Positions 20,830 through 32,280 of a stretch of 64,000 nt of DNA are shown here, one piece after another. The notes below the pieces were generated by a model. It worked only from the letters and a program-made list of their open reading frames with translations. It did not search any database and was not told the DNA's origin. This stretch comes from Prochlorococcus sp. AG-388-A01 (GTDB lineage Bacteria; Cyanobacteriota; Cyanobacteriia; PCC-6307; Cyanobiaceae): NCBI GenBank assembly GCA_003279945.1, contig QCGK01000001.1:114211-178210 (forward strand), read 5' to 3'. How positions within the stretch are numbered: the first letter of the stretch is position 1; each line of letters opens with the position of its first letter. The position numbers and the translations under genes were made by a program.

Positions 20830-23732
20830 ATCAATTTAAGATTAATAATATTTGAACATCTTTTACATAATTTTGTATTTTGGATTCCACTAAAAGTTTC
20901 TTTTTGATAATGCCAACATCTATCACATTTTTGACCATAAGCTTTAAGAATTTGAATTTTACCAAGTTCATTGTTATCAGTTATTAGAGAATTCTCAACC
21001 AAATCCGATACCACTTGAAATTTTGAAACTATAAGCCAATCCCTAAATACATCTACATCTGCGTTACCAAACTTTATAAGCCAACTAAGTGAATCTTTTA
21101 TAATTTTATCTTCAGGTAAATAATTAACTTCCGTTTCTAAAGCTGCTCCAATGATTTGTTTGTTTCGACATCCTTCTATAGCTTTGTTAATTTCAACTCT
21201 CAAATTTCTTAAATTTGCAATGTGCTCATTAAGACTTTCATTTTTCCATGACTGCGAAAATTCTGGCCATCCTCTTTGAAATACTGACTTTTCTTTTGTT
21301 GAATATGGAATATTCTGCCAAATATCTTCAGCCATATGACAAAGTACTGGAGAGATAAGGACAGCTAAATTTTCAACAACTTTAGACATGACAAACTGAC
21401 ATGATCTTCTCCTAAATTGTGATTTAGAACTTACATATAACCTATCTTTTGCAATATCCAAATAGAAATTTGATAGATCTACTACGCAAAAACTTTGTAA
21501 AATTTGAAAAAACTTTGAAAATTCATAATTTTCATAAGCATTTGATATTTGATCTGTAACCTCAACTAATCTGCCTAACATCCATTGATCTAAAAGCGGC
21601 AATTGATCAATCTCAAAATTAATTATATTAGGATCATAATCATGTATATTTCCTAGAAGATATCTTGCAGTATTTCGAACTTTTCTGTAAACGTCAGATA
21701 GTTGCTTAAGTATATTTGAACCAATTGGAACATCTACTGAATAATCTACAGAACTTACCCATAGTCTTAGAACGTCAGCGCCGTAAGCAGGCTCAGTTTT
21801 TTTATTATTTCCTCCATTAATAATTATATTTGGATCAATAACGTTACCTAAAGATTTACTCATTTTTCTTCCATTTTCATCAAGTGCAAATCCATGAGTT
21901 AAAACTTTCTTATATGGAGGTTTATTATTAACTGCAACAGATGTGAGCAAAGAAGATTGGAACCAACCTCGATGTTGATCTGAGCCCTCTAAATAAAGAT
22001 CTGCTGGATATTTTAATTCACCTCTTTGTTCACACACTGCTGCCCAACTAGATCCTGAATCGAACCAGACATCCATTGTATCTGTTCCTTTTTGCCATTG
22101 ATCAGATTCTTTTACGTAATTCTCTGGCAACAGCTTTTTCACATCCCAATCCCACCAAATATCAGCTCCGTGTTGACTAAAAAGTTTCTGAATATGATTA
22201 ATTATCTCACTGTTGAGGAGTATGTCATTACCATTTTTTTTATAAAAAACTGGAATTGGGACCCCCCAAGACCTTTGCCTGGAAATACACCAATCTCCTC
22301 TACCAACCACCATAGAATAGATTCTTTTCTTTCCAGTTGCTGGCATCCATTCAACATCTTCGATTGCCTTTAATGCAGATGATCTGAATCCATTTACAGA
22401 AGCGAACCATTGTTCTGTTGCCCTAAAAATAGTTGGTTTTTTAGTTCTCCAATCGTAAGGATATCTATGTTTATAGTTTTGTTGTAATAAAAGCAAATTT
22501 TTTTCCTTTAAATATTCAATAATCAAATCATTTGCGTCTTTTAGGACATTTGAACCTTTAAATTGTCCTGAATGTTCATTTAAATTCCCTCTCTCATCAA
22601 CAACACATGTTAAAGGTAGATCATATTTTTGCCCCACATTGAAATCATCTACCCCATGACCTGGTGCAGTATGAACAATTCCAGTACCTGATTCTGTAGT
22701 AATGTAATTTCCCCCAATAATAATTCTGCAGTTTTTATTCTTAGTAGGATGTTCGTATTCAATATTTTCCAAGGCAGCCCCTTGAACCTCTAAAAGAGTC
22801 TTTAAATCTTTATTAAATTTATTACTAATTTCAGAAGATAATTCTTTTGCAAAAAGGTATATTCGTTTTTCCTCATCAATAGCAAAAACATAGTCAATTT
22901 TTGGATTTACTGCAACTGCTTCATTAGCAGGTATTGTCCAAGGTGTTGTGGTCCAAATAGTTATGAAAGAATTACTCAGAAAAAGATCTTTTTTGATATT
23001 GAGATTTTCTTGACAGAATTTCAATAGAATTTCTTCAGATAATTTAGTTATCTTTAAGGAAACATAAATACTTTTTGAATAATGTTCTTCAGGATATTCT
23101 AATTCTGCTTCTGCTAGTGCAGTCCTCGAACTCGGACTCCAATGTACTGGTTTAAGACCTCTATATATGTATCCATTTAAAAACATTTTACCAAAGACTC
23201 CAATCTGAGCAGATTCATAACTTTTCTTTAGTGTTAAGTAAGGGTTATCCCAATCTCCCCATATGCCCCATCTTTTAAAACCCTCCATTTGATTGTTTAT
23301 TTGTAAGAATGCATAATCTGCTGCTTTTTTTCTTAGTTTTAGAGTATCAAGATTCTTTCTTTCATCAGATTTTAAATTCTGAAGTACTTTTAATTCGATA
23401 GGTAATCCATGGCAGTCCCAACCAGGAACATAATGTACCCTGAATCCTTTCAAGGTTTTGTACTTATTTATTATGTCTTTTAAAACTTTATTAAGAGCAT
23501 GACCCATATGAAGCGCTCCATTGGCATAAGGTGGCCCATCATGAAGAGTAAATGCTTTTCCTGAATTTTTTGAACCCAATTCGAAATCAATATTATTATC
23601 AGTCCAAAATTTTTGAATCTCAGGTTCTCTTACAACTGAGTTAGCACGCATTGAGAAATCAGTTTTAAGTAAATTTAAAGTCTCCTTGTAAGAAAAGTCT
23701 GATTTGTGTTCTTTGTTATTTGGAGATTTCAT
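20826..23732 (-). CDS. ileS: Isoleucine--tRNA ligase
   Basis: [27 protein letters not shown]-terminal CxxC..CxxC. Confidence 0.99.
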   Translation of the reverse strand: MKSPNNKEHKSDFSYKETLNLLKTDFSMRANSVVREPEIQKFWTDNNIDFELGSKNSGKAFTLHDGPPYANGALHMGHALNKVLKDIINKYKTLKGFRVHYVPGWDCHGLPIELKVLQNLKSDERKNLDTLKLRKKAADYAFLQINNQMEGFKRWGIWGDWDNPYLTLKKSYESAQIGVFGKMFLNGYIYRGLKPVHWSPSSRTALAEAELEYPEEHYSKSIYVSLKITKLSEEILLKFCQENLNIKKDLFLSNSFITIWTTTPWTIPANEAVAVNPKIDYVFAIDEEKRIYLFAKELSSEISNKFNKDLKTLLEVQGAALENIEYEHPTKNKNCRIIIGGNYITTESGTGIVHTAPGHGVDDFNVGQKYDLPLTCVVDERGNLNEHSGQFKGSNVLKDANDLIIEYLKEKNLLLLQQNYKHRYPYDWRTKKPTIFRATEQWFASVNGFRSSALKAIEDVEWMPATGKKRIYSMVVGRGDWCISRQRSWGVPIPVFYKKNGNDILLNSEIINHIQKLFSQHGADIWWDWDVKKLLPENYVKESDQWQKGTDTMDVWFDSGSSWAAVCEQRGELKYPADLYLEGSDQHRGWFQSSLLTSVAVNNKPPYKKVLTHGFALDENGRKMSKSLGNVIDPNIIINGGNNKKTEPAYGADVLRLWVSSVDYSVDVPIGSNILKQLSDVYRKVRNTARYLLGNIHDYDPNIINFEIDQLPLLDQWMLGRLVEVTDQISNAYENYEFSKFFQILQSFCVVDLSNFYLDIAKDRLYVSSKSQFRRRSCQFVMSKVVENLAVLISPVLCHMAEDIWQNIPYSTKEKSVFQRGWPEFSQSWKNESLNEHIANLRNLRVEINKAIEGCRNKQIIGAALETEVNYLPEDKIIKDSLSWLIKFGNADVDVFRDWLIVSKFQVVSDLVENSLITDNNELGKIQILKAYGQKCDRCWHYQKETFSGIQNTKLCKRCSNIINLKLI

Positions 23733-23853
23733 ACGAGGATATAGGAAATATTTGTGATCAATAGAATTGTTTAGATAAATCTAATTTATTATATTCTTTC
23801 TTAATTGACTTGTTGTTTTTTTGGCATGTTTTCAATAACTAATTGACTTGGCT

Positions 23854-24294
23854 TCAAGCTTTTATATTATCATTTTTATCATTTCTTACCCACTTTTTGG
23901 AGGTTATTTTTTGATTATTGCCATTTAAATTAAAAAAATTAAAAAGCTTTGTAAAATTACTAAATCCAAGATTAATAGCCTCAAATGTTTTCGAAAGATT
24001 ATTTTTGAATTCCAAAAAGGTAGTCAATTTATTTTTTTCTTTATCTGTCAATTGATTCCATCTAGATAAAAAAAGCTCTACTATATATAAAGCAACAAGT
24101 ATTGTTAATAATAAGAAAATTAAAAAAAATGATTCTCCTATGGTTTTATTTTTAATTATTAATATGAAACCTATTAATAAATTCAAAAAAGCTTTTATTA
24201 AGTCTTTTGGTCTTCCTAGCTCAAGATAAATTAACGGAATAAATAAAAATATAGATCCAATTACAATATAGAAAGATCCAACATATATTATCAA
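23854..24294 (-). CDS. Ycf66-like membrane protein
   Basis: ELGRPKD motif between TM helices. Confidence 0.65.
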   Translation of the reverse strand: MIIYVGSFYIVIGSIFLFIPLIYLELGRPKDLIKAFLNLLIGFILIIKNKTIGESFFLIFLLLTILVALYIVELFLSRWNQLTDKEKNKLTTFLEFKNNLSKTFEAINLGFSNFTKLFNFFNLNGNNQKITSKKWVRNDKNDNIKA

Positions 24295-24371
24295 ACTATT
24301 AAAAAATTACTTATTTTAAATTATAGGAAGTTGAAATAAATAAACAAACTTTGTATCAGAATTCCCTTAAA

Positions 24372-24453
24372 TGCGGTCGGGGAGACTTGAACTCCCACAC
24401 CCGAAGATACGAGTACCTAAAACTCGCGCGTCTACCAATTCCGCCACGACCGC
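24372..24453 (-). tRNA. tRNA-Leu(TAG)
   Basis: GCGGTCG/CGACCGC acceptor; arm CGAGT-TTTAGGT-ACTCG; long variable arm; GTTCAAGTC. Confidence 0.97.
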
Positions 24454-24566
24454 TCAAATAAAATAATAATTGAAAGGAGTTAAATTTAAAAATTTTTTTA
24501 ACTAATGATGATTAATTTGACACATAAAAATTAAATTAAATATCTAGTTATAAAATATTTTTTTAT

Positions 24567-25643
24567 TTGAGCCTGCAATCATCTGAAAATATTAGTTATA
24601 TTAATCAAAGAATAAAAGAAACGATTTCAAATCTAACTAATAAAAATAGAGTAAAAATTTCCAATACTTCAAGTTCATTTAGTTGGCAAAAGGAAATTAA
24701 AAATTATGTTGATCCTCCAAGTTTTTGGAATCCAACATTAGGCCTTTTTTTTGGCGGTTATTTTCTAGCCTTTCTTAGCATATGGCAATGGTATAGAGGT
24801 GTTTGGCCTCTACCTTTACTTGTGGCAACTGCTTTTTTAGCTTTGCATATTGAGGGCACTGTTATTCATGATGCATGTCACAAGGCTGCTCACCCTATTC
24901 CTTGGATCAATCAAGCAATGGGTCATGGCTCAGCAATTCTTTTGGGATTTAGTTTCCCAGTTTTTACAAGAGTACATTTACAACATCATATTCACGTAAA
25001 TCATCCAAAAAATGATCCAGATCATATTGTCAGTACTTTTGGCCCTATTTGGCTAATTGCTCCAAGATTTTTTTATCATGAAGTATTTTTCTTTCAAAGA
25101 AAACTTTGGCGTAAATATGAATTGTTACAATGGGGAATTGAAAGATCGATCTTCATAACAATAATTTTGGCAGGGATAAAATTTGACTTTATGAACCTTA
25201 TATATAATCTATGGTTCGGACCAGCATTAATGGTGGGGGTTACTTTAGGAATATTTTTTGATTATCTACCGCATAGACCTTTTCGATCAAGAAACAAGTG
25301 GATAAACTCTAGAGTTTATCCAAGTAAATTTATGAATTTACTAATAATGGGTCAAAATTATCATCTCATACATCACCTTTGGCCTTCGATTCCCTGGTTT
25401 GAATACAAATTAGCCTATGAAAAAACTAAGCCATTATTAGATTTAAAAGGATCCCCTCAAAGAGTTGGGATATTTGAAAGCAAAGAAGACATTTATAACT
25501 TTATTTATGACTTATTAATAGGTGTAAGGAGTCATAGCAAAAGAAGGGGGAAAATAAGAAAAATCATAAATTTATATCCAAGTTATAAAATTAAAAAAGT
25601 TTTATTAAAGATAGTCAATAAAACATTTATAGGAAGCAACTAA
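24567..25643 (+). CDS. crtR: Beta-carotene hydroxylase (start uncertain)
   Basis: His boxes HDACH, HLQHH, HLIHH; DYLPH. Confidence 0.9.
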   Translation: MSLQSSENISYINQRIKETISNLTNKNRVKISNTSSSFSWQKEIKNYVDPPSFWNPTLGLFFGGYFLAFLSIWQWYRGVWPLPLLVATAFLALHIEGTVIHDACHKAAHPIPWINQAMGHGSAILLGFSFPVFTRVHLQHHIHVNHPKNDPDHIVSTFGPIWLIAPRFFYHEVFFFQRKLWRKYELLQWGIERSIFITIILAGIKFDFMNLIYNLWFGPALMVGVTLGIFFDYLPHRPFRSRNKWINSRVYPSKFMNLLIMGQNYHLIHHLWPSIPWFEYKLAYEKTKPLLDLKGSPQRVGIFESKEDIYNFIYDLLIGVRSHSKRRGKIRKIINLYPSYKIKKVLLKIVNKTFIGSN

Positions 25644-25644
25644 C

Positions 25645-25938
25645 TCAATCATTTATAATTTTTGGTACCTTAAAGTACTTATCTTCTTTAGATGGGCCCA
25701 ATTCTAAAAGCTCATTAGTGCAATCATTTTTTTTCTTCTCGTCTTTTCTAAAAACATTAATAACCTCTATCGCTCTGGTAGTACACAGCACATCATTTGT
25801 ATTAATTTTTTCAAGTTGTTTAATATATTCAAGAATTTTTTCTAATTGTTTTGCATGATTGTTAATTTCATCCTCGTTCAGTTCCAATCTAGCTAAGTTG
25901 GCAACTTTTTTTACTTCCTCTCTAGTTATTTTTGTCAT
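25645..25938 (-). CDS. gatC: Asp/Glu-tRNA amidotransferase subunit C
   Basis: ITREEVKKVANLARL, FKVPKI. Confidence 0.95.
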   Translation of the reverse strand: MTKITREEVKKVANLARLELNEDEINNHAKQLEKILEYIKQLEKINTNDVLCTTRAIEVINVFRKDEKKKNDCTNELLELGPSKEDKYFKVPKIIND

Positions 25939-26114
25939 AATTGTAATAATCTCATTTTTTTAATAATACTTATTTTAGAGCATATTTATTCATACACACT
26001 TTGAATTTCAAATAATTATTAAAACCAATTATCACACCTTTTTGAAAATAAATTTCAAATAATAGCCTCAATTATCTTTCTCAGCTAAAAATAATATTAG
26101 ATAAATTCTGAAAA

Positions 26115-26699
26115 ATAGAAGATCATTTATTTCCAAAAAATTTTTTTTATCGGCACTCTAAACTTGTTGCCCCAGATTTAATAGGTTGTTTCCTCATAAA
26201 AAATAATAGTAAAAAAGATCAAGTTAAAGGAATTATTGTTGAAACTGAAGCTTATTCTCAGGAAGAGGAGGCCTGTCATGGCTACCGCAAAAAAACTGAA
26301 TCAAATAAATTATTATTTGGTAAACCTGGAACATTTTATATTTACAAATCTTATGGCATTCATCATTGTCTAAATATAGTTACTGATAAAGAAAATTTTG
26401 CAAGTGGTGTATTAATTAGGGCGGTTTTTATACCTAAAAAAGATGAGAGATTAGCTTCTGGCCCTGGTCTAGTTACTAAAATATTTGGTATAGACTTATC
26501 ATTTAACGCACTTGAAGTTTTTAATAATAATTATTTATGGATTTCTCAAAGAGAGACAATTCTAGAACAAAAAGATCTCATTCAAACTACTCGAATTGGC
26601 ATATCCAAGGCAAAAAATATAAAATGGCGTTGGTATCTCAAAAATAGTAGGAGTGTAAGTAAAAGGTTAAAAGGTGACAATACACCTAAATTCAAATAA
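26115..26699 (+). CDS. mpg: DNA-3-methyladenine glycosylase (MPG/AAG family), probable ATA start
   Basis: Missing from ORF track; open frame with VAPDLIG, IVETEAY, ACHG, YIYKSYGIHHCLNIV, VLIRA, SGPG, TRIGI, WRWY. Confidence 0.9.
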   Translation: MEDHLFPKNFFYRHSKLVAPDLIGCFLIKNNSKKDQVKGIIVETEAYSQEEEACHGYRKKTESNKLLFGKPGTFYIYKSYGIHHCLNIVTDKENFASGVLIRAVFIPKKDERLASGPGLVTKIFGIDLSFNALEVFNNNYLWISQRETILEQKDLIQTTRIGISKAKNIKWRWYLKNSRSVSKRLKGDNTPKFK

Positions 26700-26720
26700 T
26701 CATTTATCTTTGTAAGCGTA

Positions 26721-27737
26721 ATGCAAACTTGGCCTCATAAACATATCCACACGTTAGCTAATTTTTCAATTCAAGATTACGAATCAGTTTTTGAATTGGC
26801 AAATAGATTTGATGCATTAAAGAATGCAGGGACGAAAAAGATACCAGCCTTACAAGGGACTTTGGTAACTTCTTTGTTTTTTGAAGCTAGTACAAGAACT
26901 AAAAATAGCTTTGAACTTGCAGCAAAAAGGCTATCTGCGGATGTACAAACTTTTTCTCCATCTTCTAGTTCCTTAACAAAAGGCGAAACAATCATTGATA
27001 CAGCCATAACTTATTCTGCGATGGGTGCAGATACATTAGTTATTAGACATTCATCGAGTTACATAACTTTTGAGATTGCTAAAAAACTTGATGAAATAAA
27101 TTCCAAAACTTCGGTTCTTAATGCGGGAGATGGATTACATAGTCATCCTAGTCAAGGATTACTTGACATCTATACCTTAATTAAATTTTTTTCGAAAAAA
27201 TCCTTAAATCCAGAGGTCTTAAATTCTAAGAAAATTTTAATAATTGGAGATGTTAATCATTCCAGGGTTGCAAGGTCAAATCTTTGGGCTTTGAGTGCAT
27301 TCGGTGCAGACATAATTTTGTGTGGTCCAAAAACATTAATACCTGATGCATTCATCAATTTTTTAAAAACCCCTACGCCAAATCAAATAAAAGATCCTGT
27401 TAAATCAAGAGGTTCTATAACAATTTCTAGATCATTGAAAGAATCCATAAAAATTGCAGATGCAATTATTGTTTTAAGACTCCAGAAAGAGAGAATGATG
27501 GAGAATTTACTAAATAGCATTGATTCATATAGTTTAGATTATGGATTAACACCAGAGAAATTATCTCTGAATAGTAAAGAAGTTCCAATTCTTCATCCTG
27601 GACCCATTAACAGAGGCATTGAAATAAGTAGCAAAGTAGTAGAGGAATACCCTAATTGTCTTATCAATAATCAAGTTGCAAATGGCATCCCAATAAGAAT
27701 GGCCTTACTTTATTTATTACAGAAACACAATAAATAA
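26721..27737 (+). CDS. pyrB: Aspartate carbamoyltransferase catalytic subunit
   Basis: [29 protein letters not shown]. Confidence 0.98.
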   Translation: MQTWPHKHIHTLANFSIQDYESVFELANRFDALKNAGTKKIPALQGTLVTSLFFEASTRTKNSFELAAKRLSADVQTFSPSSSSLTKGETIIDTAITYSAMGADTLVIRHSSSYITFEIAKKLDEINSKTSVLNAGDGLHSHPSQGLLDIYTLIKFFSKKSLNPEVLNSKKILIIGDVNHSRVARSNLWALSAFGADIILCGPKTLIPDAFINFLKTPTPNQIKDPVKSRGSITISRSLKESIKIADAIIVLRLQKERMMENLLNSIDSYSLDYGLTPEKLSLNSKEVPILHPGPINRGIEISSKVVEEYPNCLINNQVANGIPIRMALLYLLQKHNK

Positions 27738-27738
27738 A

Positions 27739-28080
27739 TTAAAGAAGCTTAAGACTCTCAGTAAAGAATCCATAAAATAATCCCAATCTTAAAGAATCTA
27801 ATAAAAGTACTAAAAATTTTTTTGTCTTATCAAATCGTAAATTCCTCCTAAAAGCTATTAAAGTTTCTATAAAAACGACCGATAATAAAGCAGATACCGG
27901 ATCCATAAGTTCCACAACAGCACTAACCATACCTAGAGAACTTCCTAAAAAGTAACCAATTAAAAGAACAATCAAAGATACCGAATATCTTCTCCATGGA
28001 TTATTAGCCCAAATACTTATTGTTTGAATATTTTCTACAATCTTTAGTTGAAACTTTGTCTTTTGAGGTCTAAAAACCAT
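27739..28080 (-). CDS. Ycf20/DUF565 protein
   Basis: NPWRR, hydrophobic, LGLFYGFFTESLKL. Confidence 0.8.
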   Translation of the reverse strand: MVFRPQKTKFQLKIVENIQTISIWANNPWRRYSVSLIVLLIGYFLGSSLGMVSAVVELMDPVSALLSVVFIETLIAFRRNLRFDKTKKFLVLLLDSLRLGLFYGFFTESLKLL

Positions 28081-28091
28081 TTTGATTTCAA

Positions 28092-28292
28092 CTAGGCTGC
28101 TTCAGAATTTGTTTGAATTCTAGTGTTTCCCTCTACTAATTCAAGTAAAGCCTCTAATTGAGCCATAATTCCTCTTAGTTCGCCTGGCTCAGGGAAAAGA
28201 CCATCGTCTTTTATGCCTAAATGCATTTCTCTTAGTTCTTGTCTTAAAAAACGTATATGGCTAATGACCTGTTCTTTCTTGTTCTGTGACAT
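28092..28292 (-). CDS. Small hypothetical protein
   Basis: 66-aa ORF, tandem with neighbour. Confidence 0.65.
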   Translation of the reverse strand: MSQNKKEQVISHIRFLRQELREMHLGIKDDGLFPEPGELRGIMAQLEALLELVEGNTRIQTNSEAA

Positions 28293-28509
28293 GATTTAAG
28301 TCTTTTGTATATATTTTAAGAAAAAATATTTTTGATAAGGAGAGTTTGCATATTTATGATTGAAAATGAAGATAAATTGCTCAATAACTATTTATAGAAA
28401 TAACGCCTTTTAAAAAAATTTTCTTATTCTTGAAAATATGTACTTAATACTTCCATAAATTTTAAATAATTACTTGAGGCTTTATTATTAATGTAAACGC
28501 CTAATAAAT

Positions 28510-28731
28510 ATGAAATTTATTTCTGAAAATAAAATAAGTGAAAAACTAGTAAATTCTTTTGATGAAAAAATGACCCTTGAGCTTGCAACAAGGTTAGAAG
28601 AGGATAATTATACGACACCATTTGATGGTTTAAAAGACTGGCACTTACTGAGGGCCCTTGCTATCAATAGACCTGAATTAACATCTGATTATATCCATCT
28701 ACTTGATCAGGAACCCTTCGATGAAAACTAA
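28510..28731 (+). CDS. DUF2555-like protein
   Basis: LATRLEEDNY.TPFDGLKDWHLLRALA; overlaps coaBC start. Confidence 0.8.
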   Translation: MKFISENKISEKLVNSFDEKMTLELATRLEEDNYTTPFDGLKDWHLLRALAINRPELTSDYIHLLDQEPFDEN

Positions 28732-29977
28732 AAATACGAATTCTACAATAAAGATTCTTTTATTAATAACAGGTAGTATTGCAGCCGTAAGAATTCCATT
28801 ATTAGTTAGCCAATTAGCAAAAGAAAATTATGAAATAAAGTGCGTTTTATCTAAAAATGCAGAAAAATTAATAAAGCCGCTTTCTCTCTCTACATTAAGT
28901 AGGAATCCTTGCATTTTAGAAGATGATCAATGGTCAAATATTCAATCAACACCTCTACATATAAAACTATGTAATTGGGCTGATATTTTAATCATTGCCC
29001 CTTTAACAGCGACAACATTATCGAAATGGGTAACTGGAAATGCAGATGGATTGATTCCAAGCATTTTAATGGCAAATATTAAGCCAATTATTGTTGCACC
29101 AGCGATGAATACACAAATGTGGCTTAATAAAGCTGTAAAAAAAAATTATGAGAATCTACAAAATTACGAAAATGTTTTATCTTTGGAACCAAGCGAAGGT
29201 CTCTTAGCATGTGATGCGGCTGGAATCGGGAAGATGCCTCCTAATGATCTAATACAATTAGCTATTGAATTTATAATTTCACATAATCAAAATGTTTATC
29301 GCAAAGATTTAATTGATAAGGAAATTTTAATAACTGGAGGTTGTACCTCAGAAAAAATTGACGCGGCAAGACATATTACTAATAAAAGTTCTGGAGCAAT
29401 GGGCTTACTTCTTTCTCAAGTAGCAAGGTTCAGAGGAGCAAAAGTAAAATATATCCATGGGCCTCTAAAAATCGACAAAGACCTTACTGATGGAATAAAA
29501 AGATATGAAATTGAGACTAGTTATGAGTTGATTAGTGCACTCAAGAATCAAATTTCAAGTTGTGATTATTTCTTCATGAATGCAGCAGTATCTGATTTCA
29601 AACTAAATACTGATATTTCAGTTAAGATTCCTAAAAATAAAATAAGTGATTTAATTGATAAAAATTTTGAGCTTGTCCCAGATATCTTAAAAACAATTAG
29701 TGAATCAAAAAAATGTAACCAAGTTTTTGTAGGCTTTTGCGCTTTTACAGGTTCTATTGAAGAAGCAAGAACAATAATAAAAGAAAAAATTACTGAAAAA
29801 GGTTGTGATTATCTTTTCGCAAATCCAATTGATCGTGCAGGCCAAGGATTTGGGTTTTTTGCACAAAATGAAGGTTGGTTATTCGATACAAAAAATATGG
29901 AATACTATATAAAAAAAACATCAAAAATTGATTTAGCAAATAAATTAATAACTCATATTATTCCTCATAACAAATAA
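28721..29977 (+). CDS. coaBC: Bifunctional CoaBC (Dfp)
   Basis: TGSIAA, APAMNTQM, GLLAC, ITNKSSGAMG, AAVSD; ATG 28721 preferred. Confidence 0.95.
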   Translation: MKTKNTNSTIKILLLITGSIAAVRIPLLVSQLAKENYEIKCVLSKNAEKLIKPLSLSTLSRNPCILEDDQWSNIQSTPLHIKLCNWADILIIAPLTATTLSKWVTGNADGLIPSILMANIKPIIVAPAMNTQMWLNKAVKKNYENLQNYENVLSLEPSEGLLACDAAGIGKMPPNDLIQLAIEFIISHNQNVYRKDLIDKEILITGGCTSEKIDAARHITNKSSGAMGLLLSQVARFRGAKVKYIHGPLKIDKDLTDGIKRYEIETSYELISALKNQISSCDYFFMNAAVSDFKLNTDISVKIPKNKISDLIDKNFELVPDILKTISESKKCNQVFVGFCAFTGSIEEARTIIKEKITEKGCDYLFANPIDRAGQGFGFFAQNEGWLFDTKNMEYYIKKTSKIDLANKLITHIIPHNK

Positions 29978-30195
29978 GATACTTTTTTTTAATTTGTATT
30001 TTTTTGTAATCTTCATCATTAAAAATAATGTGATAGCTTACAATATTTCCAGTTTTTTAAAAATCTAAAAAGCTACGGGTTGTTTCGAGGATTTAAAAGT
30101 GGTAACTTTTATGTTCCTTTCCCTAGTAATATCCGTAATGAACTATTTAGGTGACCATTATTCATTTGTCACAGAAATTTACTGCAACTTTAATT

Positions 30196-30990
30196 ATGAG
30201 AATTCGTTCTTTCTTGGCTTTTGTTATTTCAATTTGTATAACTTTTGCTTTCGTACCTGTTAAAACATTTGCTTTTTCTGAAAGAGGAAATGCACAATTC
30301 ACAGATGTTGTTAACACGGGAAAAGCTAATGATTGTCCTGCATTAGACTCATCTCTTGTAGGATCAATATCCTTAGGTAATGGAGATAGCCTTAAAGGAA
30401 TATGCATGCATCCAACTGAAGTTTATGTCAAAGTTCCAGGGACTAAAAGAAAAGCTGCAGAATTTGTTTCTACAAAAATTATTAGTCCCAGAAATAACAC
30501 CACAGTGACTGAAGTATATGGAGATATAGACTCAGGAACTTTCACAGAAAAAGGTGGTATTGATTTTCAACTTATAACTGTCTTAACTCCTGGTGGCTTA
30601 GAAGTGCCATTTGCATTCTCAGCAAAAGACCTTACAGCTAATTTACCCTCATCAATTGAACCAGGCACTGAAGTAAGTGGTTCAACATTTACACCTAATT
30701 ACAGAACTGGTGATTTCTTAGATCCTAAAGCAAGAGCTAAAAATACTGGTGTTGAATACGCTCAAGGTTTAGTTGCATTAGGAGGAGATGATGAGGAACT
30801 TGCCAAAGAAAATATAAAAGTTGATGTAAACGGTACTGGAGTCATTACTCTTTCAATCAATAATGTAGATGCTGATACAGATGAATTTGCTGGAACTTTT
30901 GAAGCTATCCAACCTTCAGATACAGATATGGGTTCAAAAGATCCACTTGATGTAAAAATAATCGGAGAGCTGTATGGAAGAAAGGCATAA
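30196..30990 (+). CDS. psbO: Photosystem II manganese-stabilising protein
   Basis: Signal peptide, TGKANDCP, GIDF, YRTGDFLDPKAR, QPSDTDMG; ATG 30196 preferred. Confidence 0.95.
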   Translation: MRIRSFLAFVISICITFAFVPVKTFAFSERGNAQFTDVVNTGKANDCPALDSSLVGSISLGNGDSLKGICMHPTEVYVKVPGTKRKAAEFVSTKIISPRNNTTVTEVYGDIDSGTFTEKGGIDFQLITVLTPGGLEVPFAFSAKDLTANLPSSIEPGTEVSGSTFTPNYRTGDFLDPKARAKNTGVEYAQGLVALGGDDEELAKENIKVDVNGTGVITLSINNVDADTDEFAGTFEAIQPSDTDMGSKDPLDVKIIGELYGRKA

Positions 30991-31001
30991 ACCCTAGTTA
31001 G

Positions 31002-31032
31002 AAAAAAAAAGGGGTTAACCCCCTTTTTTTTT
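31002..31032 (+). terminator. Intrinsic terminator after psbO
   Basis: A9-GGGG-ttaac-CCCC-T9. Confidence 0.8.
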
Positions 31033-31058
31033 CTAAATTTTTCTTTTAAATTCAAAAA

Positions 31059-32234
31059 ATGGAATTACAACAAAAAACAAAAACAGACGCTAATGGACTA
31101 ATACCACCCTATGGAGGGATACTAAAAAATTTAATTATCAAAGATAAAAGTCTTAAAAATAATCTCATCTCAAAAGTGACTTATGAGTTTGAATGTAGCG
31201 AGAGAAATGCATGCGATGTTGAACTCTTGATGGTTGGAGCTTTTTCACCATTGGAGGGTTTTATGGATGAAAAAAACTACAATTCGGTAATTAAGAATCA
31301 TAGAGATGCTCACGGTTTGCTTTTTGGCTTACCAATTGTATTTGACTTAAATAATGAAGAAGTAAAACCTGGAGAAACAATCTTACTCACCTATAAAAAA
31401 CAAAAAATAGCAGTTTTAGAAGTATGCTCTAAATGGGAGCCTGATAAATCATTAGAAGCTGAACTTTGTTATGGCACCAATTCTTTAGATCATCCTGCTG
31501 TCAAGATGATCTTTAATGAGAGAGGAAGATTTTATATTGGAGGAAGAGTTTATGGTTTAGAACTACCAATTAGGGAGTTTCCCTGCAAAACACCTGAAGA
31601 AGTTAGAGCTACACTGCCATCAAATTATGATGTAGTTGCATTCCAATGCCGAAATCCAATTCATAGAGCGCATTATGAATTATTTACTAATGCCTTACTT
31701 TCTGACAATGTCTCTTCTAATTCAGTCGTTTTGGTACATCCAACTTGTGGGCCAACGCAACAAGATGATATTCCTGGTAAAGTTCGATATTTGACATATA
31801 AAGCATTGGAAGAAGAAATATCGGATGAAAGAATAAAATGGGCATTTTTACCTTATTCAATGCATATGGCAGGACCAAGAGAAGCTCTTCAACATATGAT
31901 AATCAGAAGGAATTATGGCTGTACCCATTTTATTATTGGGAGAGATATGGCTGGTTGTAAGTCGTCATCAACTGGTGAAGATTTTTATGGTCCCTATGAC
32001 GCCCAGAATTTTGCAAATAAATGTGCAGGCGAGTTAATGATGCAAACTGTTCCTTCAAAAAATTTAGTTTATACCAATGAAAAAGGATATATTACAGCGG
32101 AAGAAGCTAAGGGATCTAATTATCAAATTATGAAGCTTAGTGGTACCGAATTCAGAAAGAAATTGAGGAATGGCGAACCAATTCCAGAATGGTTTGCATT
32201 TAAAAGTGTAGTTGATGTTCTTAGAAGCTCTTAA
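31059..32234 (+). CDS. sat: Sulfate adenylyltransferase
   Basis: GAFSPLEGFM, FQCRNPIHRAH, NYGCTHFIIGRD. Confidence 0.97.
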   Translation: MELQQKTKTDANGLIPPYGGILKNLIIKDKSLKNNLISKVTYEFECSERNACDVELLMVGAFSPLEGFMDEKNYNSVIKNHRDAHGLLFGLPIVFDLNNEEVKPGETILLTYKKQKIAVLEVCSKWEPDKSLEAELCYGTNSLDHPAVKMIFNERGRFYIGGRVYGLELPIREFPCKTPEEVRATLPSNYDVVAFQCRNPIHRAHYELFTNALLSDNVSSNSVVLVHPTCGPTQQDDIPGKVRYLTYKALEEEISDERIKWAFLPYSMHMAGPREALQHMIIRRNYGCTHFIIGRDMAGCKSSSTGEDFYGPYDAQNFANKCAGELMMQTVPSKNLVYTNEKGYITAEEAKGSNYQIMKLSGTEFRKKLRNGEPIPEWFAFKSVVDVLRSS

Positions 32235-32280
32235 TATTGTTTTATTATTAGTAGTATAGATTTATTGAAGATTTTTTATT

